DNA of 64,000 nt from the NCBI GenBank assembly GCA_963754315.1, contig CAVWFS010000011.1:128001-192000 (forward strand), written 5' to 3'. Below are positions 36,857 to 46,356 of this stretch, piece by piece. The notes below the pieces were generated by a model. The model saw only the letters and a list, made by a program, of their open reading frames with translations, searched no databases and was not told the DNA's origin. Source of the stretch: an uncultured Candidatus Rokubacteria bacterium (GTDB lineage: Bacteria > Methylomirabilota > Methylomirabilia > Rokubacteriales > CSP1-6). Positions within the stretch are counted from its first letter, which is position 1. The number at the start of each line of letters is the position of its first letter. The translations under genes and the position numbers were made by a program.

Positions 36857-36937
36857 CTATCGTCCGATACCGAGCAGGAAGAGCAGCACGATCAGGGTCA
36901 GCGGAACGCCGAGTAGCCATGCCAGGATGTACACCAT
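36857..36937 (-). CDS. 26-aa single-TM microprotein [26 protein letters not shown]
   Basis: gaaggaggatggagcaATG; below the ORF-track size cutoff. Confidence 0.75.
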   Translation of the reverse strand: MVYILAWLLGVPLTLIVLLFLLGIGR

Positions 36938-36958
36938 TGCTCCATCCTCCTTCGAGGC

Positions 36959-37561
36959 TCAGACCGGGCGGCCGGCCCGGTCTCGCTGTCGATAGTAGGT
37001 GAGGGTCATCGGCTCGCCCGATGCCATCCACCCGCCAAGCACTGCGCCGACCACGCCGAGCAACAGCGCAGCCAGGGTGGCCAACGAGGCATTTCTCACA
37101 ATCAGCGCGATCTGCGGATCCGTCGGTATGCTCGCGACCCACGCGGGCGCCCACGCCAGGGCGCCGTACCACGCCCCGAAGCGGGCCGTGCCACCCACCA
37201 TGCCGAGGACGAGTAAGAAAGGAACGGTGAGCAGCCATGCGATAGCTCCGTGCAACATGGCTGGCTCGGCGCGCTCCCAGCCGCTCATCCGCGCCGCGAC
37301 CCAGCCGCCCGCCACGAAGGCGACAAAGGCGCCGGCCACGTTGAAGATCAGCGATAGAAATCGCATCTTCTTCCAGTCGGCGACTTGGGCCGCCTCGTGG
37401 GCCCCCACCGCGAACCCGATGAGACCGATCAGGAGCGCGACCGCCACCGCGGTCAGGGCGCCGATCCACACAGCGCTCCATGCGACAGGCCACGTCGTCG
37501 CTGTCCGTAGGGATGCAACTTCCCGGAACTGAGCGCCTTCGCGCCATTCCTGAGTGATCAT
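36959..37561 (-). CDS. Multi-pass membrane protein of unknown function
   Basis: [11 protein letters not shown]...GGWVAARM...LHGAIAW; GGAG RBS. Confidence 0.8.
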   Translation of the reverse strand: MITQEWREGAQFREVASLRTATTWPVAWSAVWIGALTAVAVALLIGLIGFAVGAHEAAQVADWKKMRFLSLIFNVAGAFVAFVAGGWVAARMSGWERAEPAMLHGAIAWLLTVPFLLVLGMVGGTARFGAWYGALAWAPAWVASIPTDPQIALIVRNASLATLAALLLGVVGAVLGGWMASGEPMTLTYYRQRDRAGRPV

Positions 37562-37639
37562 CTGGTCGTTCTCCTACCCGCCAATATCTATCTTGGCCAT
37601 TTTCTGTTCTTGGTGATTCCCATATATATATGTGTCTGA

Positions 37640-37654
37640 GCATCCGTCATGCCA
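37640..37654 (-). promoter_or_regulatory. sigma-54 -24/-12 promoter
   Basis: TGGCATGACGGATGC(T) at the head of the glgX/AI-2E gene run. Confidence 0.65.
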
Positions 37655-37719
37655 GCGAACCCAACAAGGCAGTCGCCACATTTGTAGAAGGGTTACGAGC
37701 AACGCAGAACACTCGACGC

Positions 37720-38340
37720 TCAGGCCGGTCGGCGCTGGCGGTGCCACAGCCGGTAGGCGACGGCTCCCATCACGGCCAGGGCGCTCGCACAAGCCAGCAC
37801 GGCGCTGATGGTCGCTGCTCCTCCATCCTTCGTCCATGTAATCCACTGGTCGCCCAGGAGAAATCCCAGGAGAATCCAGACGGTCGCCCACAACCCGGCG
37901 CCGATCGTGTCGTAGAGCACGTAGAGCCGGTACGGCATACCGCTGCTCGCCGCGAGAGGAGTCACGACTATGCGCACGCCTGCCACGAATCGTCCGACGA
38001 TGAAGACGCCCGGGCCGAAACGGGCGAAGTATGCCTTCGCCCGCTCGACGCACGACGTGCCGCCCAGGAGAACGATCCGACAGTAGAGCCGGACGAGACG
38101 ATCGCCACCAAGGCGCCCGGCCAGATACCACACATGATCACCGAGGAGCGCGGCGACGATGGCGAGGCAGATGAGAAGCAGGACGTTGGCCCCCCCGGTT
38201 GCCGCGATTCCTCCCGCCGTGATCAGGAGCAATCGTCCGGGAAAGGGCGTCCCCGTCGCATCGACCAGGACACCCACGAATACGACTGCATAGGCGTGGG
38301 CCACCAGGAAAGTCCATAACGAGTCGAGGATGAACACCAT
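37720..38340 (-). CDS. DedA family membrane protein
   Basis: GTPFPG, LGDHVWYLAGR, GRFVAGVR, GMPYRLY. Confidence 0.9.
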   Translation of the reverse strand: MVFILDSLWTFLVAHAYAVVFVGVLVDATGTPFPGRLLLITAGGIAATGGANVLLLICLAIVAALLGDHVWYLAGRLGGDRLVRLYCRIVLLGGTSCVERAKAYFARFGPGVFIVGRFVAGVRIVVTPLAASSGMPYRLYVLYDTIGAGLWATVWILLGFLLGDQWITWTKDGGAATISAVLACASALAVMGAVAYRLWHRQRRPA

Positions 38341-38352
38341 GCAGAGTAGAGA

Positions 38353-38367
38353 GCAACTCCCGTGCCT
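38353..38367 (-). promoter_or_regulatory. sigma-54 -24/-12 promoter
   Basis: AGGCACGGGAGTTGC(T) just upstream of the dedA ATG. Confidence 0.7.
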
Positions 38368-38390
38368 GCTTCGCAGTCGCGGTGTGTCGA

Positions 38391-38405
38391 CGGCATCTTC
38401 CTTGC
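38391..38405 (+). promoter_or_regulatory. sigma-54 -24/-12 promoter
   Basis: CGGCATCTTCCTTGC, back-to-back with 38353. Confidence 0.65.
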
Positions 38406-38431
38406 GGACCTCAACACGCAGGAGGCCACCT

Positions 38432-38764
38432 ATGGATCGGGTGAGATCGATCTCGAAGTGGGGTTTCACCTTGGCCTGCGTCGTAGTGCTGATGTTCATT
38501 GGCGTGGGTCTCGCCCAGGAAAATCGCGCGTCTCCCATCCAGCATGGTGCGCAGCCGAACCCAGGAGAGGTACGGCCGCCGAGCGCTGATGGAAACACCT
38601 CCTCTCCGTCGGCGGGCACGCTGATGGTGGAGAAGACTCCGGACGGGCTGTGGGGACTGCCGGCGTATGCGGTGGGGGCGATCGGCATCGCGATCGTAGT
38701 GCTGGTGGCGCTGGCGGTGTCTGCCAGACGGTCCCAGATCCAGCGGCAGCGCCCGGTCCGATAG
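38432..38764 (+). CDS. Small exported protein with C-terminal TM anchor and basic tail
   Basis: GGAGG RBS; signal peptide ending GLA; Pro/Ser linker; TM segment; RRSQIQRQRPVR. Confidence 0.7.
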   Translation: MDRVRSISKWGFTLACVVVLMFIGVGLAQENRASPIQHGAQPNPGEVRPPSADGNTSSPSAGTLMVEKTPDGLWGLPAYAVGAIGIAIVVLVALAVSARRSQIQRQRPVR

Positions 38765-38773
38765 GCCCGAGGC

Positions 38774-38788
38774 TGGCAACGCCCTTGC
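38774..38788 (+). promoter_or_regulatory. sigma-54 -24/-12 promoter
   Basis: TGGCAACGCCCTTGC(T). Confidence 0.7.
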
Positions 38789-38818
38789 TGTGCTTTAGGG
38801 CGGCAGGAGGTCGACACG

Positions 38819-39046
38819 ATGGCCAAGTGTGAAGTCTGCGGCAATGACTACGACAAGGCGTTCGAGGTCCGGTTCGCAGGGCAGCGACACATGTTTGACA
38901 GTTTCGAGTGCGCCATTCACCGGCTGGCGCCGGTATGCGAGCACTGCGGATGCAAGATCGTCGGGCATGGAGTCGAGGCGCAGAGCCACTACTACTGTTG
39001 CGCGAATTGCGCGCGTGCAGTCGGGGTGGAAGAGGTTCGAGCGTAG
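38819..39046 (+). CDS. Cys-rich metallothionein-like small protein
   Basis: AGGAGG RBS; CEVCGNDYDK...FDSFECAIH...CEHCGC...CCANCA. Confidence 0.88.
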   Translation: MAKCEVCGNDYDKAFEVRFAGQRHMFDSFECAIHRLAPVCEHCGCKIVGHGVEAQSHYYCCANCARAVGVEEVRA

Positions 39047-39048
39047 GT

Positions 39049-39246
39049 ATGAGCCTCTGTGCGTCGTGCGGGCTCGAGCAAGGCGACGAGGGGCAGCTGT
39101 GTCGCCATCACGTGGCGAGCCACAGCAACACGTGGGCAGTCAGCAATCGGATCATGTGCGATTTCTTTCACCGGGGAAGGATTCCGCCGCGCCTGAAAGC
39201 AGCCGAGCGCGCGGACGAGTTCTGGGCCGCCATGGAAGCGGCTTGA
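39049..39246 (+). CDS. 65-aa Cys/His-rich protein, paralog of 6732..6929
   Basis: MSLCASCG...LCRHH...WAVSNRIMCDFFHR; starts 2 nt after the upstream stop. Confidence 0.85.
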   Translation: MSLCASCGLEQGDEGQLCRHHVASHSNTWAVSNRIMCDFFHRGRIPPRLKAAERADEFWAAMEAA

Positions 39247-39324
39247 CTAGTTTGAAGAATCGACAATCGATTCGGGGTTCTATCGGCGCGGTTTCTCTAG
39301 AGCTGAGGGTCGCCAGGATCCGGA

Positions 39325-39339
39325 TGGCACTAGGATTGC
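39325..39339 (+). promoter_or_regulatory. sigma-54 -24/-12 promoter
   Basis: TGGCACTAGGATTGC upstream of the csbD-family gene. Confidence 0.75.
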
Positions 39340-39421
39340 GCCGATGACGCTTGGCCTGCGCGACAAACGACGTGATGCAGGCCAGTTGAGCGCGGCCGAC
39401 AGGCCGCGGGAGGATGAGAAA

Positions 39422-39622
39422 ATGAACAGCGACATCTTTGAAGGCAAGTGGAAACAGATGAAGGGTAAGGCTAAGGAGTGGTGGGGAGAGTTGACGGACG
39501 ATGACCTCACCCGCATCGAAGGCAGCCAAGATAAGCTCGTGGGAACCCTGCAGGAGCGCTACGGGTACACTAAAGAGCGGGCCGAGCAGGAAATCGAGCG
39601 CCGCGTGCGCACGCTCGTTTAA
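39422..39622 (+). CDS. csbD: CsbD/YjbJ-family general stress protein
   Basis: EGKWKQMKGKAKEWWGELTDDDL...LQERYGYTKE. Confidence 0.94.
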   Translation: MNSDIFEGKWKQMKGKAKEWWGELTDDDLTRIEGSQDKLVGTLQERYGYTKERAEQEIERRVRTLV

Positions 39623-39722
39623 TCGCAAAGCAAACGGCGACCGATGCCGACATTGTCAGAGTTCTCGGAGTGTTCGCATACCTGAATGTTCTCGGCGTCT
39701 GACGCCGTTTGATCGGGTAGTG

Positions 39723-39756
39723 GAGCCCGACGGTCCCACGTGGGACCGTCGGGCTC
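39723..39756. repeat. Perfect 34-bp palindrome with no loop
   Basis: gagcccgacggtcccac|gtgggaccgtcgggctc. Confidence 0.95.
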
Positions 39757-39898
39757 AGCGGGGCCGTCTTGAGTGTGGCACGCTCGGCCCGACTTCCCTC
39801 GAGGATCACATACTCGCGGGGAGGACGTGATCTGATGAGCGAGTCGCTCCGGCTCGGGAAGGGCACCGCGAAGCATCCAGTCGTGGCTGATCACCCTT

Positions 39899-42800
39899 GT
39901 GGCGGTTGCCCTCGTGCCGGTCCTTGCCTTCACGCTCATTACGGCTCTGGCGTTGGTTGAGCGCGAGCGGTCCACCTTGGCTTCGGGTCTCCAGAACACC
40001 GCCCGCGCTCTCGCCATCGCTGTCGATCAGGAGCTCGAAGCATCGATCGCGACCCTCCAGGCATTGGCGGCCTCCACCAAGCTCGCGTCGGCTGACTATC
40101 CGGGCTTTTATCAGCAACTTGAGAAGGCCCGAGCGGACACGCGGCGAAACTGGTGGACGGCGGGTGTGGTCGACCGCACTGGGCACCAGGTGGTCTCCCT
40201 CGACCCCCCCGTGAATGGCGTGGCGGGCCCTGCCCTGAGGCGCGATGATTTCTGGGCCACCATTCAGGCTGATCGGTTCTGGATTTCTGACCGCCTGCCA
40301 CGGCCGGACTCGCAAGAAGCCCTCGTTCTGGTCGCTGTCCCCCTGCCGTCGCCACACCCTGAACATCAGGGCACCCTGATGGCCGTTCTCAAGGCCCAGG
40401 CATTGTCCACAAGCGTAGCGCGGCATCGCCTACCGCCCGGCGTGTCAGCCAACGTGCTCGACCGAGGGCAAGCGACCGTTGTCCGCATACCCGTAGCGAC
40501 TAGCGAGGCCGCGGGCGAGCTCGCGGGTGATCTCCCACCATATTCGGCGGAGGGCTTCGGACACTTTCCGAAGGAAGGCGGCGAAGGGGTTTATGCGGCC
40601 TTCGCACGGGCCCCCCTCTCGGGGTGGACCGTTACGCTGGTGGTGCCGGAATCAGCCTTCGAGGCTCCTTGGCGGCGCTGGCTGTGGACCATGGGCGGTG
40701 GGGGCGTGTTCCTTGTACTCATGGGTCTGGGGCTAGCGGCCTTGGCGGCCCGGCGCATCGCCAGGCCTATCGCAGCGCTTTCGGTTCGGGCTCATGCCCT
40801 AGGACGGGGTGAGGTCTCGCCGCCCACTCGATCAGGGATCGCCGAGGTCGATGAGGTCGAGCGCGCGATCGTCGCCGCGGGCGCCGCTCGTCGAGACGCC
40901 GAAGAGGCCGTGCGCGAGAGCGAGACCCGACTGCACACCACCTTGCGGGACATCGGCGATGCGGTACTCTCCACCGACGCCGATGGGTCGGTGCGGTTCA
41001 TGAACAAGGCGGCCGAGTCGTTGATCGGCTGGAGGCTTGACGAGGTCCAGGGGCGGCCCCTCGACACCGTGACGGTGTTTCTGAACGAAGCCAGCCGCGA
41101 GCGGGTGGACAATCCGGTGACGAGGATGCTCCGCGACGGGATGGGCGGCAACCTCGCCGATCACACGATCTTGCTCAGTCGGCATGGGCAGGAAATTGCG
41201 ATTGACGAGCGGGCCGCGCCCATTCGCGACGATGCCGGTCGACTGCTGGGTGTGGTCTTGGTGCTTCGCGATGTGACAGCGAGACGCAACGTCGAGGACG
41301 CCCTCCGATCGAGTGAGGCCCGCTATCGCGCCATCATCGAGGACCAGACAGAGCTGGTCTGTCGTCTCACGCCGGAGGGAACCCTGACCTTCGTCAATGG
41401 CGCCTTTGCTCAGTATTTTGGACGGAGCGCGGAGGAGCTCGTGGGCGGGCATCTGTTGTCCGTGGTGGATTCCGAGGATCGCGGAGGGGTGGCGGGGGCC
41501 CTCGAATCGCTTGGCCCCGACCGGCCGACGGTCACCGTCGAGAATCGAAGTCTCGATGGTGCTGGTCAACTTCGGTGGACGCAGTGGGTCGCGCGAGCTC
41601 TGGTCGACCTCGATGGCCGGATCGTCGAGATCCAGGCGGTTGGGCGGGACATCACCGATCGGAAGCGCGCTGAACAGGCACTGACGCAGAGTGCGGCGGA
41701 CCTGGAGTCGCACGCGCACCAGCAGGCAGCGGTCGCCCAGCTGGGGCAGCGTGCGTTGGCGGGCGCGGACCTCGACACGCTGCTGCGGGAGGCGGTCGAG
41801 CTGTTGTGCGCGACGCTCGGCGCTGAGTTTTGCAAGGTCCTCGAACTGGCCGCCGAAGGGGCGCAGCTGGTGACGCGAGCCAGTGTCGGTTGGCCTTGCG
41901 GGGCGCAGCCGCTCACCTTCGATGCCGTCGACGGTTCTCAAGTGGGGCTGGTCTTGCGGACCCGGGAGCCAGTCCTCATCCGGGACTTCGGCGCCGAGAC
42001 GCGATTTGTCGACACTGGCGTGTTCCGGGAGCGCGGCATCGTGAGTGGCATGAGCGTCGTGATCCATGGCGGCGACCGGCCGTATGGTCTGCTCGGCGTT
42101 CACACGACCAAGCGGCGAGCGTTCACCCGCGATGACGTGAACTTCCTGCAAAGTATTGCCAATATCCTGGCCGCGGCCGTCGCTCGCGCCCGGGCGGAAC
42201 GGGAACGGACGGAGCTGCTGGAGCGCGCGCAAGAGGCCCGCGTTGCTGCCGAGAAGGCCAATCAGGCCAAGGACGAGTTCCTGGCCATGCTGAGCCATGA
42301 GCTGCGCAATCCATTGGCGGCCATCACCAATGCCAGCCGTCTGCTGGAGCAGAGCGGTCAAGCATCGGAGATGACCGCGCACGTGGGCTCCATCGTCGCC
42401 CGTCAGAGCGAACACCTGTCCCGCATGGTCGACGATCTGCTCGATGTCTCACGCCTGAGCTCCGGCAAGATCGTGTTGCGCCGAGAGCTGGTCGATATGA
42501 AGCAGGTGGTCGAGCGCTCGGTGGCTTCGTTCGCCGAGGCGGGACGAACCACCCGCCACGACTTGCGTGTTGATGCCGAGCCTGTGCTGGTCGTCGGCGA
42601 CGCCACCCGGCTCGAGCAGGTCGTCCGCAATCTGCTCGACAATGCCTTGAAGTACACGCCCCCTGGGGGGCAGGTGGAGCTCACGGTCGCGCGGGACGGG
42701 GACGAGATGAGGATGCGGGTCCGAGACACGGGGGTGGGTATCGCCCCTGAGATCCTCCCGCATATCTTCGAACTGTTCGTCCAGGCCCAGCGCTCGCTCG

Positions 42801-43348
42801 ACCGCGCCGACGGCGGGCTTGGCCTCGGTCTCACGCTGGTTCGACGTCTGGTGCAAATGCATGGCGGCACTGTGTCCGCCTCGAGTGATGGATCGACCCA
42901 GGGCAGTGAGTTCGAGGTGCGGATTCCCGTGGCCGAGACGACGGAGCGCGTCGGACCGGCATCTCCGTCTCTGGCGTCACCGACGAGTCGACGGGTTCTG
43001 GTCGTGGAAGACAACCCTGACGCGCGAGAGACACTGGTCCTCTTGTTGGAAAGCTGGGGACACTGGGTGGCACAGGCCGAAGACGGCGAGGCAGCAGTAG
43101 CCCTGGCGGCCAGGGAGACACTTGACGTGGCTCTGATCGATGTCGGTCTCCCACGGATGGATGGTTACGCGGTGGCCCGCGCTCTGCGGGCTATCCCAGC
43201 CTATCATCAGCTGCGGCTGGTCGCCCTCACCGGATATAGCCGGGAGGAAGATCGGCGCCTGGCCCACGAGTCGGGGTTCGATGCTTATCTCGTCAAGCCC
43301 GTTGACCCGGACGCGCTCCAGAGCGTCCTGAGCGAGCCGCTGTCTTGA
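39899..43348 (+). CDS. Membrane hybrid histidine kinase (Cache-like-PAS-PAS-GAF-HisKA-HATPase-REC)
   Basis: TM segments; two PAS/PAC units (RDVT, RDIT); FLAMLSHELRNPL; REC. Probable true start is ATG 39835 with a frameshift near 39860. Confidence 0.93.
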   Translation: MAVALVPVLAFTLITALALVERERSTLASGLQNTARALAIAVDQELEASIATLQALAASTKLASADYPGFYQQLEKARADTRRNWWTAGVVDRTGHQVVSLDPPVNGVAGPALRRDDFWATIQADRFWISDRLPRPDSQEALVLVAVPLPSPHPEHQGTLMAVLKAQALSTSVARHRLPPGVSANVLDRGQATVVRIPVATSEAAGELAGDLPPYSAEGFGHFPKEGGEGVYAAFARAPLSGWTVTLVVPESAFEAPWRRWLWTMGGGGVFLVLMGLGLAALAARRIARPIAALSVRAHALGRGEVSPPTRSGIAEVDEVERAIVAAGAARRDAEEAVRESETRLHTTLRDIGDAVLSTDADGSVRFMNKAAESLIGWRLDEVQGRPLDTVTVFLNEASRERVDNPVTRMLRDGMGGNLADHTILLSRHGQEIAIDERAAPIRDDAGRLLGVVLVLRDVTARRNVEDALRSSEARYRAIIEDQTELVCRLTPEGTLTFVNGAFAQYFGRSAEELVGGHLLSVVDSEDRGGVAGALESLGPDRPTVTVENRSLDGAGQLRWTQWVARALVDLDGRIVEIQAVGRDITDRKRAEQALTQSAADLESHAHQQAAVAQLGQRALAGADLDTLLREAVELLCATLGAEFCKVLELAAEGAQLVTRASVGWPCGAQPLTFDAVDGSQVGLVLRTREPVLIRDFGAETRFVDTGVFRERGIVSGMSVVIHGGDRPYGLLGVHTTKRRAFTRDDVNFLQSIANILAAAVARARAERERTELLERAQEARVAAEKANQAKDEFLAMLSHELRNPLAAITNASRLLEQSGQASEMTAHVGSIVARQSEHLSRMVDDLLDVSRLSSGKIVLRRELVDMKQVVERSVASFAEAGRTTRHDLRVDAEPVLVVGDATRLEQVVRNLLDNALKYTPPGGQVELTVARDGDEMRMRVRDTGVGIAPEILPHIFELFVQAQRSLDRADGGLGLGLTLVRRLVQMHGGTVSASSDGSTQGSEFEVRIPVAETTERVGPASPSLASPTSRRVLVVEDNPDARETLVLLLESWGHWVAQAEDGEAAVALAARETLDVALIDVGLPRMDGYAVARALRAIPAYHQLRLVALTGYSREEDRRLAHESGFDAYLVKPVDPDALQSVLSEPLS

Positions 43349-43367
43349 TAAGGAGATCGATGAGATC

Positions 43368-43382
43368 CGGCAGGCAAGTTGC
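43368..43382 (+). promoter_or_regulatory. sigma-54 -24/-12 promoter
   Basis: CGGCAGGCAAGTTGC(A). Confidence 0.65.
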
Positions 43383-43457
43383 ACTCTTCTCGCTCGAAGA
43401 TGGCGAGGCGGTCCGGCAGGTCAGGGAGCCCGCCGCCGATTCGAGGGGGAGGAGACG

Positions 43458-43610
43458 ATGAGTCTGATCTTGCTTGTGATTCTGGTGCTGCTGGTAGTTG
43501 GCGCGCTGCCGGCCTGGCCTTACAGCTCAGGATGGGGATATGGTCCCAGTGGCGTGCTTGGCCTGGTGCTGGTGGTCATCATAGTTCTCGCCCTAACTGG
43601 GCGCCTCTAG
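43458..43610 (+). CDS. DUF3309-family 50-aa membrane protein
   Basis: GGAGGAG RBS; MSLILLVILVLLVVGALPAWPYSSGWGYGPSGVLGLVLVVIIVLALTGRL. Confidence 0.9.
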   Translation: MSLILLVILVLLVVGALPAWPYSSGWGYGPSGVLGLVLVVIIVLALTGRL

Positions 43611-43625
43611 AGAGGAGGGAACGCT

Positions 43626-43775
43626 ATGCTGTGGACGATCTTTGTGGTTCTGCTGGTGCTGTGGGCCCTCGGAATGGTGAGTTCCTATACGCTAGGGGGA
43701 TTCATTCACATATTGCTCGTCGTTGCCCTCGCCGTTGTCTTGATACGCATAATTCAGGGGCGGCGCCCGATATAG
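43626..43775 (+). CDS. lmo0937/DUF5670-family 49-aa membrane protein
   Basis: GGAGG RBS; MLWTIFVVLLVLWALGMVSSYTLGGFIHILLVVALAVVLIRIIQGRRPI. Confidence 0.9.
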   Translation: MLWTIFVVLLVLWALGMVSSYTLGGFIHILLVVALAVVLIRIIQGRRPI

Positions 43776-43888
43776 ACGGAACTGGGAAGATTCTTCAAAT
43801 GGTGCCCGGCCCGCCCTTGGCACACTCGGGCAAACTCCCACTCTTGGTTATACGCAATACCGTGCCGGTTGCAGTTGAAAAGAGAAAT

Positions 43889-43922
43889 GTGGGGGACGGG
43901 CCGCGGAGGTCCGTCCCCCCAC
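43889..43922. terminator. GC-rich hairpin between convergent genes
   Basis: gtgggggacgggcc...ggtccgtccccccac. Confidence 0.5.
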
Positions 43923-44082
43923 GCTCGCACCAAGCGACATGCGGATAGGCTGCGGCCGCCACCGCAAAAGTTTGCGTCGCCCGCATCTCTTGAGTTCTTC
44001 TCCCGGACTGGGTGACGTTGTAGCTGGGTCGTAGAGATGCGTGGCGAGGGCCCGAGGCCCTCGCCACGCAGGCTACTGGACT

Positions 44083-44298
44083 TTAGCGCCGGTCGGGTTG
44101 ACTCTCGGGACGCTGCGGTTGCTCAGATTCGGCGTGCCGCTCCGATCCCGGATGCGGCCGATCCGGTCGTTCGATCGGGCGATCGGGATAGGGCGTGCGC
44201 CGTTCCTTCTCCTTGTCGTCCTGCCCCTGTCCCGGATGTCGCTGTCCGGGCATCTCGCGGGGCTTGTCCTTTTCCGGCATCTGGCGTTGCGTCGTCAT
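44083..44298 (-). CDS. 71-aa hydrophilic, probably disordered protein
   Basis: AAGGAGGAG RBS; rich in P/Q/R/E/D with almost no hydrophobic residues; has its own sigma-54 motif. Confidence 0.7.
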   Translation of the reverse strand: MTTQRQMPEKDKPREMPGQRHPGQGQDDKEKERRTPYPDRPIERPDRPHPGSERHAESEQPQRPESQPDRR

Positions 44299-44378
44299 TG
44301 TCAGCTCCTCCTTGAAGGCCAGCAGCATGCCGGCCCTCCGATGAGGCCAGCAAACACGCCGGCCCATCTTCTCGAGGA

Positions 44379-44393
44379 GCAATGGGGGTGCCA
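44379..44393 (-). promoter_or_regulatory. sigma-54 -24/-12 promoter
   Basis: TGGCACCCCCATTGC(T). Confidence 0.75.
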
Positions 44394-44595
44394 GCCACGC
44401 TCGGGCGCCTGGACGGCAGGACTCTTGCTCCTTTAGCGCCCGGGAGCATGAATTCTCTGACCGTAACCGGCAGATGAACGTATTAGACACCGAGCGGGGC
44501 GTTACGTTACTGCTTGCGGGTGTGATGATCGTGAGAGCCCTGTGCCGTCGTACGTGGTCGACCGGCGAAGTCGCTCCGGCCGGCGGGGGGCGATC

Positions 44596-45768
44596 ATGAA
44601 AGCAGTGTGCTGGTATGGGGCCTCCGACGTGCGAGTAGAGGCGGTAGCCGACCCCGAGCTGCTCAGCGACCGCGACGCGATTGTGAAGGTCACGCTCACC
44701 GCCATCTGCGGTTCGGACCTGCACCTGTTCGGTGGCTACATTCCGGCCATGAAGCGAGGCGACGTTCTGGGGCACGAGTTCATGGGGGAGGTGGTCGAGG
44801 TCGGCCGCGGGGTGAAGACCCTGGCCGTCGGCGATCGCGTGGTTGTTCCGTTCGCGATCGCTTGTGGGGCGTGCCACTACTGCGAAGCCGGTCTCTGGTC
44901 ACTCTGTGACAACTCCAACCCGAATTCGGCAGCCCTGCAAATGCTGTACGGGGCGGCGGGGGGCGGTCTCTTCGGATACTCGCACCTGTATGGGGGCTAC
45001 GCGGGGGGCCAAGCGGAGTTCGTACGGGTGCCATTCGCGGATGTGGGGCCGTTGCCGATCCCGGCCGGGTTGTCGGACGAAAAGGTGCTCTTCCTCGGCG
45101 ACATCTTCCCGACGGGCTACCAGGCGGCTGAGAACTGCGATCTCAGGCCGGGCGACTCTGTCGCCGTCTGGGGCTGCGGGCCGGTGGGCCTCCTCGCGAT
45201 CAAGAGCGCCTTCATGCTCGGCGCCGACCGCGTGTTTGCCATCGACCGCTTTCCGGAACGGCTGAGTCTGGCGGAGACCTTTGGAAAGGCAGAGACCCTG
45301 AACTACGAGGCGATGGACGTTGTCGAAGAGATGCAGGCGCGTACGGCGGGCCGGGGCCCTGACGCCTGTATCGACGCGGTGGGGATGGAGGCGCACGGCA
45401 CCACGGTGGCCGCGTTGGTGGATCGAGCGAAACAAGCCGTACGGCTGGCCAGCGACCGGCCTCACGTGCTGCGCCAGGCGATTCAGGCGTGCCGAAAGGG
45501 AGGAACCGTATCGATCCCCGGTGTGTACGGTGGCTTCCTCGACAAGGTTCCCCTCGGCGCCGCCTTTGCCAAGGGCCTCACCTTGAAGATGGGACAGACG
45601 CACGCCCATCGCTACCTGCGGCCGCTGCTCGAGCGAATCGCCGAGGGACAGATCGATCCCTCCTTGATCATCACGCACCGGCTCCCGCTCGACGAAGCTC
45701 CCCGAGCGTACGAAGTGTTCCGTGACAAGCAGGAAGGCTGCGTCAAAGTGGTCCTCAACCCCGCCTGA
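44596..45768 (+). CDS. Zinc-dependent alcohol/formaldehyde dehydrogenase (YbdR-like)
   Basis: ICGSDLH, GHEFMG, CGACHYC...C, GCGPVG, MGQTH. Confidence 0.94.
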   Translation: MKAVCWYGASDVRVEAVADPELLSDRDAIVKVTLTAICGSDLHLFGGYIPAMKRGDVLGHEFMGEVVEVGRGVKTLAVGDRVVVPFAIACGACHYCEAGLWSLCDNSNPNSAALQMLYGAAGGGLFGYSHLYGGYAGGQAEFVRVPFADVGPLPIPAGLSDEKVLFLGDIFPTGYQAAENCDLRPGDSVAVWGCGPVGLLAIKSAFMLGADRVFAIDRFPERLSLAETFGKAETLNYEAMDVVEEMQARTAGRGPDACIDAVGMEAHGTTVAALVDRAKQAVRLASDRPHVLRQAIQACRKGGTVSIPGVYGGFLDKVPLGAAFAKGLTLKMGQTHAHRYLRPLLERIAEGQIDPSLIITHRLPLDEAPRAYEVFRDKQEGCVKVVLNPA

Positions 45769-45783
45769 TCGAGGAGACTGGTC

Positions 45784-46218
45784 ATGACACAACGGATCCG
45801 TGACGTGATGACCCCGAACCCGATTACCTTGCCGGCCACGGCCAGCGCGCTTGAGGCGGCCAAGGCCATGCGTGAAGGGGATGTCGGCGATGTCATCGTG
45901 CTCGATGGCGACCATCTCGATGGTAACCATATCGTCGGTATCGTGACCGACCGTGACATTGTCGTACGGGGAGTGGCCTTCGGCCTCAACCCTGCTGAGA
46001 CGAGCATCGGCGAAATTTGTAGCCGAGTGCTGACCACGGTCTCGCCCACCGACGAGGTCGCGGATGCCATCGTGCTTATGAAGGACAAGGCCATCCGTCG
46101 GCTGCCCGTGGTGGATCGCAATCGCCCTGTCGGCATCGTATCCCTGGGCGACCTCGCCGTCGAGAGAGACCGGCGTTCGGTCCTCGGCGAGATCAGCGCT
46201 GCGCCGCCAAATCTCTGA
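45784..46218 (+). CDS. CBS-domain pair protein
   Basis: IRDVMTP, GIVTDRDI, IRRLPVV, GIVSLGDL. Confidence 0.93.
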   Translation: MTQRIRDVMTPNPITLPATASALEAAKAMREGDVGDVIVLDGDHLDGNHIVGIVTDRDIVVRGVAFGLNPAETSIGEICSRVLTTVSPTDEVADAIVLMKDKAIRRLPVVDRNRPVGIVSLGDLAVERDRRSVLGEISAAPPNL

Positions 46219-46356
46219 GCAAACGATCGAAGATGATCGCGCGGCGGCCGCCCGGAGCCCCTCCGGACACCTGGGCGGAGCGCTTTGGGCTGACGGAGGC
46301 GGCGAAGAACGCGCACAGTCTGACGTTCGGCGGGTGACAGTCTCCGCCCAGGCTGA

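Noticed and set aside
36762..37643. N-terminal extension of the 1034-aa glgX ORF
   Set aside because: It overlaps two better-supported genes in other frames (36959..37561 and 36857..36937); GlgX similarity begins near 36710.
40832..42415. 527-aa minus-strand ORF and similar long antisense ORFs (16614+, 31482+, 33163+, 35640+)
   Set aside because: Shadows of well-supported genes on the opposite strand, expected at high GC.
43854..43867. CGGCACGGTATTGC (minus strand) as a sigma-54 promoter; similar cases at 7682 and 43818
   Set aside because: GG-to-GC spacing is 9 nt, not the required 10.
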